A program made the translations under genes and the position numbers. Below are positions 1 to 8,660 of a DNA stretch of 64,000 bases, one piece after another; position 1 is the first letter of the stretch; the number at the start of each line of letters is the position of its first letter. Where the stretch lies: NCBI GenBank assembly GCA_018266085.1, contig JAFEAZ010000008.1, positions 3,278 to 67,277 of the forward strand, read 5' to 3'. This DNA is from Candidatus Babelota bacterium (GTDB lineage: Bacteria > Babelota > Babeliae > Babelales > Vermiphilaceae). Below the pieces are notes generated by a model. That model saw nothing but the letters and a program-made list of their open reading frames with translations, did no database searches and was not told where the DNA came from.

Positions 1-706
1 GCTTGGTACAATCGAAATTGCATAAGGCCAGACGAAGCAGGTTAGAGACTTCGCGGTGGCGTGGCATGCTCACATAGGCCGCGTACAGTATATGATGCTC
101 ATGTAATGCGGTCAGCGTTGTAACATAGCGGTTGATAAAATAGGTTTTAAAAGAGGCGTCTTTCGATTCTAAGTGCCAAAAAATCAGCGATCCATCAAAC
201 AGCAGCGCCATGCCATCGGTAGCGGTTTCCCGTTCGCGCAGTGCGCGCGCAAGACCGGCTTCAAACTCATACGCTTCGCGTAATGCATTGACGATATCGG
301 TTGATGATGCCAAAAAAGCCGCATCCTCATCGCCGGTGAATACATATGGCTCTGTTGCCACCTGAGCATACGAGTCGGTGGCGCCATAGTTCAACACAAT
401 ACAGCCAACGTTAATTAAATAGCAGCTGGTGCCTTGGTGGCGGTCAGGGTAAATTTGTGATCCGTCCACTGCAATGACGCGATAGATCGCCGATGCTTCT
501 GTTATATCGTATGTTGCATCGAGCGGTCCAGACCATGCAGGAATTGGTAATGACCATTGTTGAGCGATTACGTTGTCGGCAAATGAAGGATCAGTGGTAA
601 TGCGTTGCCAGACTGCGCGTGCGCATGCATACTCATCAGTATAGGAAATAAAGAGCGCGTCAGATACGCGGGTGATCTCTTTGAATAGTTTTGCGCGATC
701 GAGCAT
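1..706 (-). CDS. NurA-like nuclease domain protein, N-terminal 235 codons; gene runs off the left edge
   Basis: Manual minus-strand translation from ATG 706 gives an open frame to position 1 (MLDRAKLFKEITRV...RVIAVDGSQIYPDRH...LLFDGSLIFWHL...AAYVSMPRHREVSNLLR). The IAVDGS and FDGSL motifs are typical of NurA-type nucleases. A GGAG sits 8 nt upstream. It is absent from the ORF track because no stop lies in the window. Confidence 0.55.
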   Translation of the reverse strand, partial: MLDRAKLFKEITRVSDALFISYTDEYACARAVWQRITTDPSFADNVIAQQWSLPIPAWSGPLDATYDITEASAIYRVIAVDGSQIYPDRHQGTSCYLINVGCIVLNYGATDSYAQVATEPYVFTGDEDAAFLASSTDIVNALREAYEFEAGLARALRERETATDGMALLFDGSLIFWHLESKDASFKTYFINRYVTTLTALHEHHILYAAYVSMPRHREVSNLLRLALCNFDCTK

Positions 707-733
707 ATTCGTATACTCCAAGCTCTTGTGTAA

Positions 734-1126
734 TCAGTTCAGTTTCGCGTGAAGAGCATCTCCTCTGCTGAGCAGCCCTTGCTTAAGGGCTTGTAATGGT
801 AATAAAGCACATTTGAGACGCGTTGGTCCAAGCTCTATACCAATCAACTGAAGAACGCTCGCACTGTCAAGAGCCATAATCTGGTCGTGTGATTTACCAA
901 GAGACTGTTCAAAGAGCAGTGAGCCTGTTGCCACGCTGATAACGCAACCGGTAGCTTCAAATCCAACGGCCTGTAATAGTCCATTGGCATCAAAGCGGCC
1001 CGATACGGTTACCTGGTCACCGCATGAAGGGTTATGTTCACGCGAGAGAAAATCGTACTCGGTAAGGAGCCCATGATTGCGCGGGGAACGGTAATGGTCC
1101 ATCAATTCATGTTGGTAGATATTCAT
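734..1126 (-). CDS. sufU: SufU/IscU-type Fe-S cluster assembly scaffold
   Basis: MNIYQHELMDHYRSPRNHGLL...NPSCGDQVTV...ATGCVISVATGSLL matches the NifU N-terminal/SufU signature. Start moved to the internal Met at 1126. Confidence 0.8.
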   Translation of the reverse strand: MNIYQHELMDHYRSPRNHGLLTEYDFLSREHNPSCGDQVTVSGRFDANGLLQAVGFEATGCVISVATGSLLFEQSLGKSHDQIMALDSASVLQLIGIELGPTRLKCALLPLQALKQGLLSRGDALHAKLN

Positions 1127-1205
1127 ACTACAAAGCATACCGCAAAAAAAAGACGATGCATAACACATCGTCTTTTGTAAGATCTGGTTCGATTAGCAAG
1201 GCTCA

Positions 1206-1853
1206 TTAGCCAAGAATAGCGTCTTCAGAAGCAACTTCAGTCACTTCTTCTTGGCAGATTACGCGTTCAATAACTATTTCGTCAGGCGTAACTGCTACAA
1301 CACATACAGCTTCTTCTGGGCATTCTGTAGCGATTTCGTTAGTAATGACTTCTACAGGGGCAACTTCAGCATATTCTTGTGCAGCCTGTGCTAATGCTTT
1401 AGCCTCTTCTTGGCTGGTTGTTATGTAGAAATATACTGGTTCTTCTTGCTCTTCGATCGCTACAGCTTTGGTTGGGCGAGCGAACAATTTTTTGTAAGCG
1501 TAGTAAAGAGCATAGCTTGTTACCAATACAGCAACCACTTTTGCACCTTGAACAAAAACCACTTTAGCTTGACCATCGTTGTCATTGATACCAAAAGTTA
1601 TTGCCTTCGTAGCAAGCTTTGACGCTTGTTCTTGAGCTTTAGCAACAGCAGCGCTGTTCTTAAAGGTTGAAGTAGCGGCGGTCGCTTTTTGTGCAACAAA
1701 TGAGAAAGCTTTTGTACCATTATCTTTAATAGAGCCAGCTGTTTTGCTTGCAGCATCTGTTACTTTACCAAATACGCTTTGTGCCTGTGTGTTGTCAGCA
1801 GCTTGAGCTGAGACAGCAACGAATAGTCCTGCAACGATGAGCAACTTTTTCAT
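1206..1853 (-). CDS. hypothetical secreted/membrane protein with an acidic C-terminus
   Basis: Signal peptide MKKLLIVAGLFVAVSAQA, Ala/Lys-rich region, one internal hydrophobic helix (VVAVLVTSYALYYAY), and a Glu/Val-rich tail. Confidence 0.55.
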   Translation of the reverse strand: MKKLLIVAGLFVAVSAQAADNTQAQSVFGKVTDAASKTAGSIKDNGTKAFSFVAQKATAATSTFKNSAAVAKAQEQASKLATKAITFGINDNDGQAKVVFVQGAKVVAVLVTSYALYYAYKKLFARPTKAVAIEEQEEPVYFYITTSQEEAKALAQAAQEYAEVAPVEVITNEIATECPEEAVCVVAVTPDEIVIERVICQEEVTEVASEDAILG

Positions 1854-2003
1854 GGTATACATACATGAATCCTACGAGTAAGTGATGAATTAAACGATCT
1901 GCCAACGACAGGAGCAAGTATAGGCAGTTCATATCTACGCGTCAAATAAGACTCTTTTTTTAAGTGTCAAAAAGCCTGTTGTTTGCTCATTGTATGACTC
2001 ATC

Positions 2004-2366
2004 TCAGCCAGGGTTGCAGCTGTTTACGCCGAAAGAATAACCGGTCAAGCCTGCCAAAAAAGTCATTGCCCCCACAGCAGCTGCCATGAAGCATGTTTTT
2101 TTGCACGCAGAGACTCTTGGTGGCTGATCAAGCTCCTGCCGCTCCGGCGAATGATGCGGGCTTAACATGACCGTGGCGACAGAACCATACGATGGAGAGC
2201 TGTGCAAACTAGATCGGGCAGAAGGGAGCGTAGGGCGTGGAGATTCGTCTTGCCCTGTCTCAATGCATAAGATCAGTGGTTGTTCGTCCATGGCGGTGGT
2301 TGCGGTGTGCGTGCAGAGCGAAGCAATAAAGAGCATAACTAAAGGTACAGGTGCGTGTACGAGCAT
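2004..2366 (-). CDS. hypothetical small membrane protein
   Basis: N-terminal hydrophobic segment and a C-terminal TM (FMAAAVGAMTFLAGLTGYSF). No recognisable domain. Confidence 0.35.
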   Translation of the reverse strand: MLVHAPVPLVMLFIASLCTHTATTAMDEQPLILCIETGQDESPRPTLPSARSSLHSSPSYGSVATVMLSPHHSPERQELDQPPRVSACKKTCFMAAAVGAMTFLAGLTGYSFGVNSCNPG

Positions 2367-2566
2367 ATAGAACTCTCTTTCTTTGTGTATGAATAAAACG
2401 AGTGTACATCAATGCAGGCCCAGTTTATTGCCAGAAAGTAGCTTGGTCAAATCAGCAGGCAATTATCGCCAAAGCCTGCATAGCATAAGGCCATTTGTGT
2501 CGGTCAGGCATCTAGCGTACACTTGCTACTATGCATGTGATGTAGCCTTAAAACAGGAAAGCAGGT

Positions 2567-3412
2567 ATGGAAACTATACGTTTCAAAGCCGTAGTGCTAG
2601 CCGTATGCTCTTTGACTTTCTCGGTCAGAGCTGGTGATCAAGCAGCACAAAAAGCGGTGATTTTTGATATAGGTGGGGTTTTGGCGGCCTCTGACAAGCT
2701 CCAGGCATTCAAAGCCACTGGGCCGCACCATTTTTTTTACTACTTTAGTGCCAATCCGTGCATGATCTCTGGATCGACTGAAAAAATTCGCAATCAACTG
2801 TTGTACCCCTTTTTGCGCTCCTGTATGCCGTATACGGCTACTGATTGCTTCGCTTATGATGAGTTTGGCCAACGATTGCCACAGCTGATGGTTGAGTGGA
2901 TGACCGGGCGTCTGAGTTGCCGTTCATTGCGCGCGATTTGTAAAGAAAACTGTGCGCTTTATTCGTCGTGGTTCGTCAGTCCCGCCGAGCGTGACCTTAT
3001 GTATGGTATGACCATGATGATGTTCACGCCGCACCATCTGGCGAATACGCAACAGTTGCTGTACAAGAGTCTTGATTTTGTGCGCGCGTGCAAAGCATCA
3101 GGCTATAAGCTCTATATTCTTTCAAACTGGGACTCTGAATCATTTCCTGAGCTGGTCAAAAAGGATCCAGATTTATTTGCTCTTTTTGATGGTATTGTGA
3201 TATCGGGTGATTGTGGGTACGTAAAGCCTGATCCGGCAATCTACCGGCATCTTTTGAATACCTATAATCTTGATCCACACGATACTTTCTTCATCGATGA
3301 TGTTATCCAAAACGTCCAGGCGGCGCGAGATGCCGGCATGACGGCTGCACAGTGCATGTTGTGTGATATTGATAGTATCAAGTCCGCATTTCATGCGTGG
3401 CAAAACGCTTAA
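2567..3412 (+). CDS. HAD-superfamily hydrolase with N-terminal signal peptide
   Basis: FDIGGVL (motif I), LSNWD, and FFIDDVIQNVQAARDAGM (motif IV-like). Signal-like N-terminus METIRFKAVVLAVCSLTFSVRA. Confidence 0.65.
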   Translation: METIRFKAVVLAVCSLTFSVRAGDQAAQKAVIFDIGGVLAASDKLQAFKATGPHHFFYYFSANPCMISGSTEKIRNQLLYPFLRSCMPYTATDCFAYDEFGQRLPQLMVEWMTGRLSCRSLRAICKENCALYSSWFVSPAERDLMYGMTMMMFTPHHLANTQQLLYKSLDFVRACKASGYKLYILSNWDSESFPELVKKDPDLFALFDGIVISGDCGYVKPDPAIYRHLLNTYNLDPHDTFFIDDVIQNVQAARDAGMTAAQCMLCDIDSIKSAFHAWQNA

Positions 3413-3413
3413 A

Positions 3414-4193
3414 TTATTTTTCCTTGTGGCCACGATGAGGTGTCTGCGCATTCTTTGATGCAGTGCTATTCTCAGTGCTCTCTTTATCCTCATCCAAATA
3501 GGCAGATGAACCTTTAAGTCGTTGTATAACGATCGGTATTGCCGCAAGCAATAATAATAAAAGCATCGCAATAATCACCGGCCATGAGAGCATATCTGAC
3601 AGTGAATTGACTTCGCTCAATTCATGCCCTGCAAAGGTGTAGATTAAATAGACGGGAAATGAACCGAGTGCTGTCAGACGCATGAAGGTCATCAGTGACA
3701 TATTCGTCAGCCCTGCAAAGGTGTTGATAATGAAAAAGGGTACAATTGCCAGATAATGGAGCACTAACACATAGTTAGCGCCATACTTCTCAACGCGGGT
3801 ATTAAAGGTTGCAAACTTCTTGCTATACCGTTTTTTGATATAGTTGCCACACAAGTAACGCACAATTAAAAAGGGTACAAGCGCTCCTATTACCGTAGCG
3901 ATTACGGAATAAAGCGCCCCTAAAAAGAGGCCAAACAGGTATCCGCTTGCTATAACAACCGGTATGACGATAGGCAGCGATAGGGCAACGATCAGTATCA
4001 TTGAGCCTATGTACACGGCAACTGAGTGTCCGTAGGTGTAGCCACCCATCTGTTTCAGCGTGTTGCTTGCGCCATCGCTCCACAGCGCGTGATATAGTTT
4101 TTCATAGAGACCGGTTGCATAGAGGAGCAGTGCGAGACCGATTATGAGTGCAATGGTGACCGCTTTACATATCCATGAGCATTTTTTTTTCAT
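3414..4193 (-). CDS. TVP38/TMEM64 (DedA-related, SNARE-associated) family membrane protein
   Basis: Polytopic protein. VVIASGYLFGLFLGALYSVIATVIGALVPFLIVRY is typical of the family. Confidence 0.65.
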   Translation of the reverse strand: MKKKCSWICKAVTIALIIGLALLLYATGLYEKLYHALWSDGASNTLKQMGGYTYGHSVAVYIGSMILIVALSLPIVIPVVIASGYLFGLFLGALYSVIATVIGALVPFLIVRYLCGNYIKKRYSKKFATFNTRVEKYGANYVLVLHYLAIVPFFIINTFAGLTNMSLMTFMRLTALGSFPVYLIYTFAGHELSEVNSLSDMLSWPVIIAMLLLLLLAAIPIVIQRLKGSSAYLDEDKESTENSTASKNAQTPHRGHKEK

Positions 4194-4294
4194 GCTTTCC
4201 CTTTGCTAAAGTAATGGTTTTACCTGCGAAGGTACTACATTCGGTCGAGCGCTGGCAAGAGAATTGCACAAAAACAAGCTTCCACTAGCTCCGG

Positions 4295-4322
4295 GTCATC
4301 CCCATGAAAATGGGGATCCAGG
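4295..4322. repeat. palindromic intergenic element, copy 1 (gtcatccccatgaaaatggggatccagg)
   Basis: Inverted repeat CATCCCC/GGGGATC. Same family as the copies at 6223, 10834, 17710, 36304 and 51076. Confidence 0.8.
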
Positions 4323-4377
4323 CGTCGTGTATTAGTAAAGCTTGCCATTATAAAGCACTTTAGCGCATCGCCACTCT

Positions 4378-4767
4378 CTACTTAGATTCATCTCGTGGAA
4401 AAGCTTTCTCTCTATGAAATGGGAAATCATGCATGTCCTCTTCTGACATGTCTTTATACGTGACGTTGGTGACCGTCATTGGTGTAAAGAGATATCCCCC
4501 ATCTTTCTTTCCCAATGTTTGGTACAATACCAATGCGCTGAGGTCTAGATTTTGCTCTTTTAATCTTGCAAGCGCTTGCCCGCAGTCAGCTGCTGTAAAC
4601 GGCTCTGTTAATGGCGCCATCTCCATTGTGTCTACCACTTGTCGTGTTGTACGCTCCGATGCGCGAGGAGACTCTGTTGCACCCGTTGTGTGCTCGTTGT
4701 CTGACGCTTGCAGCGTCAGTGCAGCGCCTATGACTAATAACAGCAGCGGGTATAGTTTTATGTTCAT
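4378..4767 (-). CDS. hypothetical secreted protein
   Basis: Signal peptide MNIKLYPLLLLVIGAALTLQA. No recognisable domain. Confidence 0.5.
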   Translation of the reverse strand: MNIKLYPLLLLVIGAALTLQASDNEHTTGATESPRASERTTRQVVDTMEMAPLTEPFTAADCGQALARLKEQNLDLSALVLYQTLGKKDGGYLFTPMTVTNVTYKDMSEEDMHDFPFHREKAFPRDESK

Positions 4768-4893
4768 GCTGGTCCTTTGTGTTAGCGAGTTGGGAGATTT
4801 TTGTTTATTAGGGACACAGAATATAACATTGCTTGTGCGGGAGCAAGAAAGAAGAGCAGGCTACCACGATCGGCAGCCTGCGCATGAGTATGT

Positions 4894-5946
4894 CTATTGA
4901 ATGGATCTTGTAGAAGGATTTTGAAATGTCATTCTTTTGTTGCTTTGTAAAAGAAGCGCAGCAAATCCGTGAGCTCCGCTGACAAAGTTATTTAATTGTT
5001 GATTTGTTCTGGTAGAGACATCTAGAAGTCGATCAAGCTTGCCATTAACATCATCGATCTTTCTGGCTTGCTCTGTTGCTACTGATTCCAGTGCAGCGGT
5101 TCTCACAAGGATTTTTTCCAAGACAGATCGAGATTGCTCATTTCTTCCTGCAATATCACTGACCTGCTTTTCTATACTTTGATTCCAAGTGCTAGTTGCT
5201 TTGTCTCGCAGTAATTGCAGTCTTTCTTGCTCTTTTTGTTTTGCTACAATGGTTGCAAGTGATGAGTTAGCGGTAGCGACACCACCGGCCAAGCCATTAA
5301 CTTGAAGTGCAAGCTCATTTACTGAATTCTGGGTTGCTCTGGTAGCAACATCTGTACCTACTGCACTAACGCGTGAGTTTACATCGCTAAACCCTTGGTC
5401 GACTGATGCTTGAGTAGCTCTGGTAGCAACATTTGCTGCGACAGAATCAAGTCTGTTGTTAGCGGCACCGACTTCCTGGCTTAGTTCATCAACCGATGCT
5501 TGAGAAGCTCTGGTATTAACAGCTTCACGTAATTGATTGTCTCTCAGTATGCGTGAACGTTCTCTGAAATAATCAATTCTTTGTTTTCTTCTGTTGCTCA
5601 TTATAAGACGAGTAGCGCAGAACGCAGCAGTAACAGTTGTTCCTATGGCAGTTATGGTCAGTACTGGATGTTGCAGGAAGAATTCCGCAGCAAAACCTCT
5701 ACCAGATTGCACTGTTGGCTGAGCTGGTTGCGGTGCTGGTTGTGAAGGGACAAGATACACAAGTTGTGGTTGGGTGCTTGGTTGTTGCAGAGTGCAAGCA
5801 TTTCCGGGTGGCAGCAAGAGACTGTTTGCAACAGCAGCGCCACTTGTTGCCGCTGTATCGACCGCTTGCAGCATCGGTGCTACGCACAGACAGCATGATA
5901 ACAACACAGTAGTTACATCTATCATTTTGTTGCGTCTAATTTTCAT
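4894..5946 (-). CDS. hypothetical membrane-anchored coiled-coil protein with about 27-aa tandem repeats
   Basis: Start moved to MKIRRNKMIDV (ATG 5946). Signal/TM, Pro/Gln-rich linker, second TM, then repeats NTRASQASVDELSQEV / VATRATQASVDQGFSDV / VATRATQNSVNELALQV. Confidence 0.6.
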   Translation of the reverse strand: MKIRRNKMIDVTTVLLSCCLCVAPMLQAVDTAATSGAAVANSLLLPPGNACTLQQPSTQPQLVYLVPSQPAPQPAQPTVQSGRGFAAEFFLQHPVLTITAIGTTVTAAFCATRLIMSNRRKQRIDYFRERSRILRDNQLREAVNTRASQASVDELSQEVGAANNRLDSVAANVATRATQASVDQGFSDVNSRVSAVGTDVATRATQNSVNELALQVNGLAGGVATANSSLATIVAKQKEQERLQLLRDKATSTWNQSIEKQVSDIAGRNEQSRSVLEKILVRTAALESVATEQARKIDDVNGKLDRLLDVSTRTNQQLNNFVSGAHGFAALLLQSNKRMTFQNPSTRSIQ

Positions 5947-6222
5947 GTGAGATCCTGCATAAATAAAAAAATAGATAAACGAATGGTCTAACATTTTGGT
6001 GTCGGTGTATCAGCTACTTGTGCTTAATGATACATGCAGTATCACGTGAATGTACAGAAAACATGCAGCAGCTGGCACGATTTTTAACAGCATAAAATTC
6101 ATACTGCAACTAAGTGTGACGTGAAAATAAATTAAGACAAGATATTGTGATGATAAAACACATCTAACAAGATGGTAAGAATGCGTTTTTCTCAATCTCG
6201 TCTTTTGTTGTTGTTGTGAGAT

Positions 6223-6247
6223 GGATCCCCGCTTTCGCGAGGATGAC
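6223..6247. repeat. palindromic intergenic element, copy 2 (reverse orientation: ggatccccgctttcgcgaggatgac)
   Basis: Reverse complement matches the GTCATCC-n-GGGGATCC family. Lies just downstream of sufS. Confidence 0.75.
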
Positions 6248-6270
6248 CCGAGGAGGGGCAAATGTCGTAT

Positions 6271-7530
6271 TTAAGGTAGTTTGCTATATAGAGCAGTGTT
6301 TTCTGTCATAAGGCGTGTTAACACAGCTAACAAAAAATCAACTTCGTCTGCAGTGTTGTACCAATAAAAGCTGACACGCACCGATGCAAGAACGCCAAGC
6401 ATTTGTGCAAGCGGTTGAGCACAATGGTGACCGGCGCGTACGCAGATGTTATGCATACTCAAATATGCGGCAACATCATGCGCATGAATGCCTGAACAGA
6501 CAAAACTGACCAAATGGCCACGCGTGCACAGCTCATCGACAGGACCTAAAATCTGTATCCCCGGTATGCGCTGTAATCCATGAATAAGCTGCTTGGTAAG
6601 TGCGGCTTCGTGCGCATGTACCGCTTGTACATCAAGCTGCGTGCTGAAAAAATTGAGCGCAGCAGCAAGCCCAATCGCCTGCGCTACTGGTGGTGTGCCC
6701 GCCTCTAAGCGGTAGGGCATTTCGCGCCATGTGGCAGTTTGATAGGCTGCACTATAAACCATGCCGCCACCCCGTTGATAGGGCTGGAGCTGGTCATGAA
6801 GAGAATGCTTGAGATAGCAGATACCGATGCCGGTGGGCCCCATAATTTTATGGCCAGAAAAGACCAACATATCGCAGTCAAGCTCTTGCACATTAACACC
6901 GCCATGCGGCACCGATTGTGACGCATCGACCAAAATCTTGGCACCAACTTGGTGTGCAAGGTCGGCCAGAGCTTTCACCTCAACGGGTGTGCCCAGCAGG
7001 TTAGAAATATGGCAGAGTGCCACGAGCTTGGTGTGCTTGGTAATGAGCTGTTCGGCTTGCTGCATGTTAAGCGTGCCGTCAGGCAGTATCGGTATAATAA
7101 GTAGCTGTGCACCCGTTTGTGCTGCAATCTGTTGCCACACAAGAAGATTAGCATGATGCTCCAGCGCGCTGATGACGATCGTGTCACCCTGCGCAAGCTG
7201 TGAAGCTGCCCATGCATAGGCGACCATGTTAATAGATTCGGTTGCTCCATGCGTAAAGACGATCTCATCGGCATGCTGTGCACCAAGAAAATGCGCAACG
7301 GTACCACGCGCTGCCTCATAGGCGCTCGTAGCCTGCTCGGCCAGTCTATAAAGACCACGTCCGGTAGTTCCATAGGCGTCAGTATAAAAGCTGCTGATTG
7401 CATCGATAACCGCTTGTGGCTTGTGTGTGGTGGCAGCATTGTCAAGATAGATCAGTGGCTGTCCGTTGTACGGTTTATTGAGCAAGGGAACCATCATACG
7501 CGCTTGTGCAAAAGGATAGGCGTGCTTCAT
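6271..7530 (-). CDS. sufS: cysteine desulfurase SufS (class V aminotransferase)
   Basis: FSGHKIMGPTGIGICYL (PLP-Lys) and RAGHHCAQP (active-site Cys loop). ATGA overlap with the sufD stop. Confidence 0.9.
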   Translation of the reverse strand: MKHAYPFAQARMMVPLLNKPYNGQPLIYLDNAATTHKPQAVIDAISSFYTDAYGTTGRGLYRLAEQATSAYEAARGTVAHFLGAQHADEIVFTHGATESINMVAYAWAASQLAQGDTIVISALEHHANLLVWQQIAAQTGAQLLIIPILPDGTLNMQQAEQLITKHTKLVALCHISNLLGTPVEVKALADLAHQVGAKILVDASQSVPHGGVNVQELDCDMLVFSGHKIMGPTGIGICYLKHSLHDQLQPYQRGGGMVYSAAYQTATWREMPYRLEAGTPPVAQAIGLAAALNFFSTQLDVQAVHAHEAALTKQLIHGLQRIPGIQILGPVDELCTRGHLVSFVCSGIHAHDVAAYLSMHNICVRAGHHCAQPLAQMLGVLASVRVSFYWYNTADEVDFLLAVLTRLMTENTALYSKLP

Positions 7531-8660
7531 GAGCTCTCCTGCAAACGGTGCAACATAGTTTCACATACAGGCTCTAGCATGGCGCATGGGCCTAATGAAG
7601 CAGATAAAAAACCATCTATAAGCATACGGCGTGCCTGCGATTCGGCAATGCCACGGCTGACCAAATAGGCAATTGCATTGACATCGAGTGAGCCTACCGC
7701 GCTGGCATGGACGCAGTGCACGTTGTGAGCGAGTGCTTCGAGCGTTGGTACCGATACTGCGCGTGCCGTATCGCTGACCAGCAGCGTACTGTTGCGTTGT
7801 GCAGCGACGGCATGCTCTGCCGATGTGGCAATATGAATACGCCCTTGGTAATCTGCCGACGCTTGACCAGCTAGGCAGCCATTGAGCTGTATTTCACTGG
7901 TCGTATGAGCAGCTTTATGTACCTGCTCGGCAATAATGTTGAGCTTTGCTGCTTGCCCGAGCGCATAGATGCCGCGCAGGTACGCCTGTGCCTCAGGCTC
8001 TTCAAGCAGCAGATCGAACCAACTATCGTTCTGCAGGCCTGGTTGTATGAGACAGTGCATGTTGAATCTGCTGTGTCCTGCACAGGTGACCAGTTGTGCC
8101 ATTGCCAGCTGCGCCGTGCCTTGTGTGACATGATCTTGTATCACGCTCAGAGTAGCCCGTGTCCCCACGTGATAGGTTGCTGAACGGATGTGCGTGCCTT
8201 GCGTTGCTCGATAGCGGTCAATAATAGTTGCCTGTGCCTGCTTGCCGAGTACAATTTTATATGCTTGGTAGCGATCGATGGCGTCACACGTGTCAAGCAG
8301 GCTGTGCAACGCAATAGGTTCAGCCAAACGCACCTCTGGTGGGATGTATATGACGAGTGTGTGGTTAGCATAGGCGTCGGCATACGCATAGATTTGACGG
8401 TGATTCCATAGCTTTGGCGATCGGTTGAAGATGTAGGTCGCTGCTTCGTGTGGGTACTGCTCAATGAAGCTCTCGAGATCGAGTGCCACTGCGCCACAAC
8501 CGAGCTGCCGCTGCACATGAAATCTACTTGGCGAGCTGGTTGGTATTGGGCGCACAAAAGCAGCTCGACGTGCTTGGTCAGGGTTAGGTGATGGTGTGTA
8601 GCTGCTGTATGCCTGTGCCGCTCGAAGGCGGTAGGTGGCAGCGTTGTGTGGTCCGCTCAT
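7527..8660 (-). CDS. sufD: Fe-S cluster assembly protein SufD
   Basis: Position between sufB and sufS. C-terminal VHASAVGSLDVNAIAYLVSRGIAESQARRMLIDGFL is typical of SufB/D. ATGA overlap with sufB. Confidence 0.85.
   Translation of the reverse strand: MSGPHNAATYRLRAAQAYSSYTPSPNPDQARRAAFVRPIPTSSPSRFHVQRQLGCGAVALDLESFIEQYPHEAATYIFNRSPKLWNHRQIYAYADAYANHTLVIYIPPEVRLAEPIALHSLLDTCDAIDRYQAYKIVLGKQAQATIIDRYRATQGTHIRSATYHVGTRATLSVIQDHVTQGTAQLAMAQLVTCAGHSRFNMHCLIQPGLQNDSWFDLLLEEPEAQAYLRGIYALGQAAKLNIIAEQVHKAAHTTSEIQLNGCLAGQASADYQGRIHIATSAEHAVAAQRNSTLLVSDTARAVSVPTLEALAHNVHCVHASAVGSLDVNAIAYLVSRGIAESQARRMLIDGFLSASLGPCAMLEPVCETMLHRLQESS

Noticed and set aside
184-387. 67-aa ORF in the track at the left edge
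   Set aside because: It lies on the same strand as the 235-codon open NurA-like frame but out of frame with it, and its composition is Arg/Met/His-rich and implausible. The longer frame explains the region.
6010-6261. 83-aa minus-strand ORF between sufS and the coiled-coil gene
   Set aside because: It has a low-complexity, odd composition. It runs through palindromic repeat copy 2 (the GSISQQQQK... part is repeat or spacer-derived). It has no RBS. It is treated as non-coding spacer.
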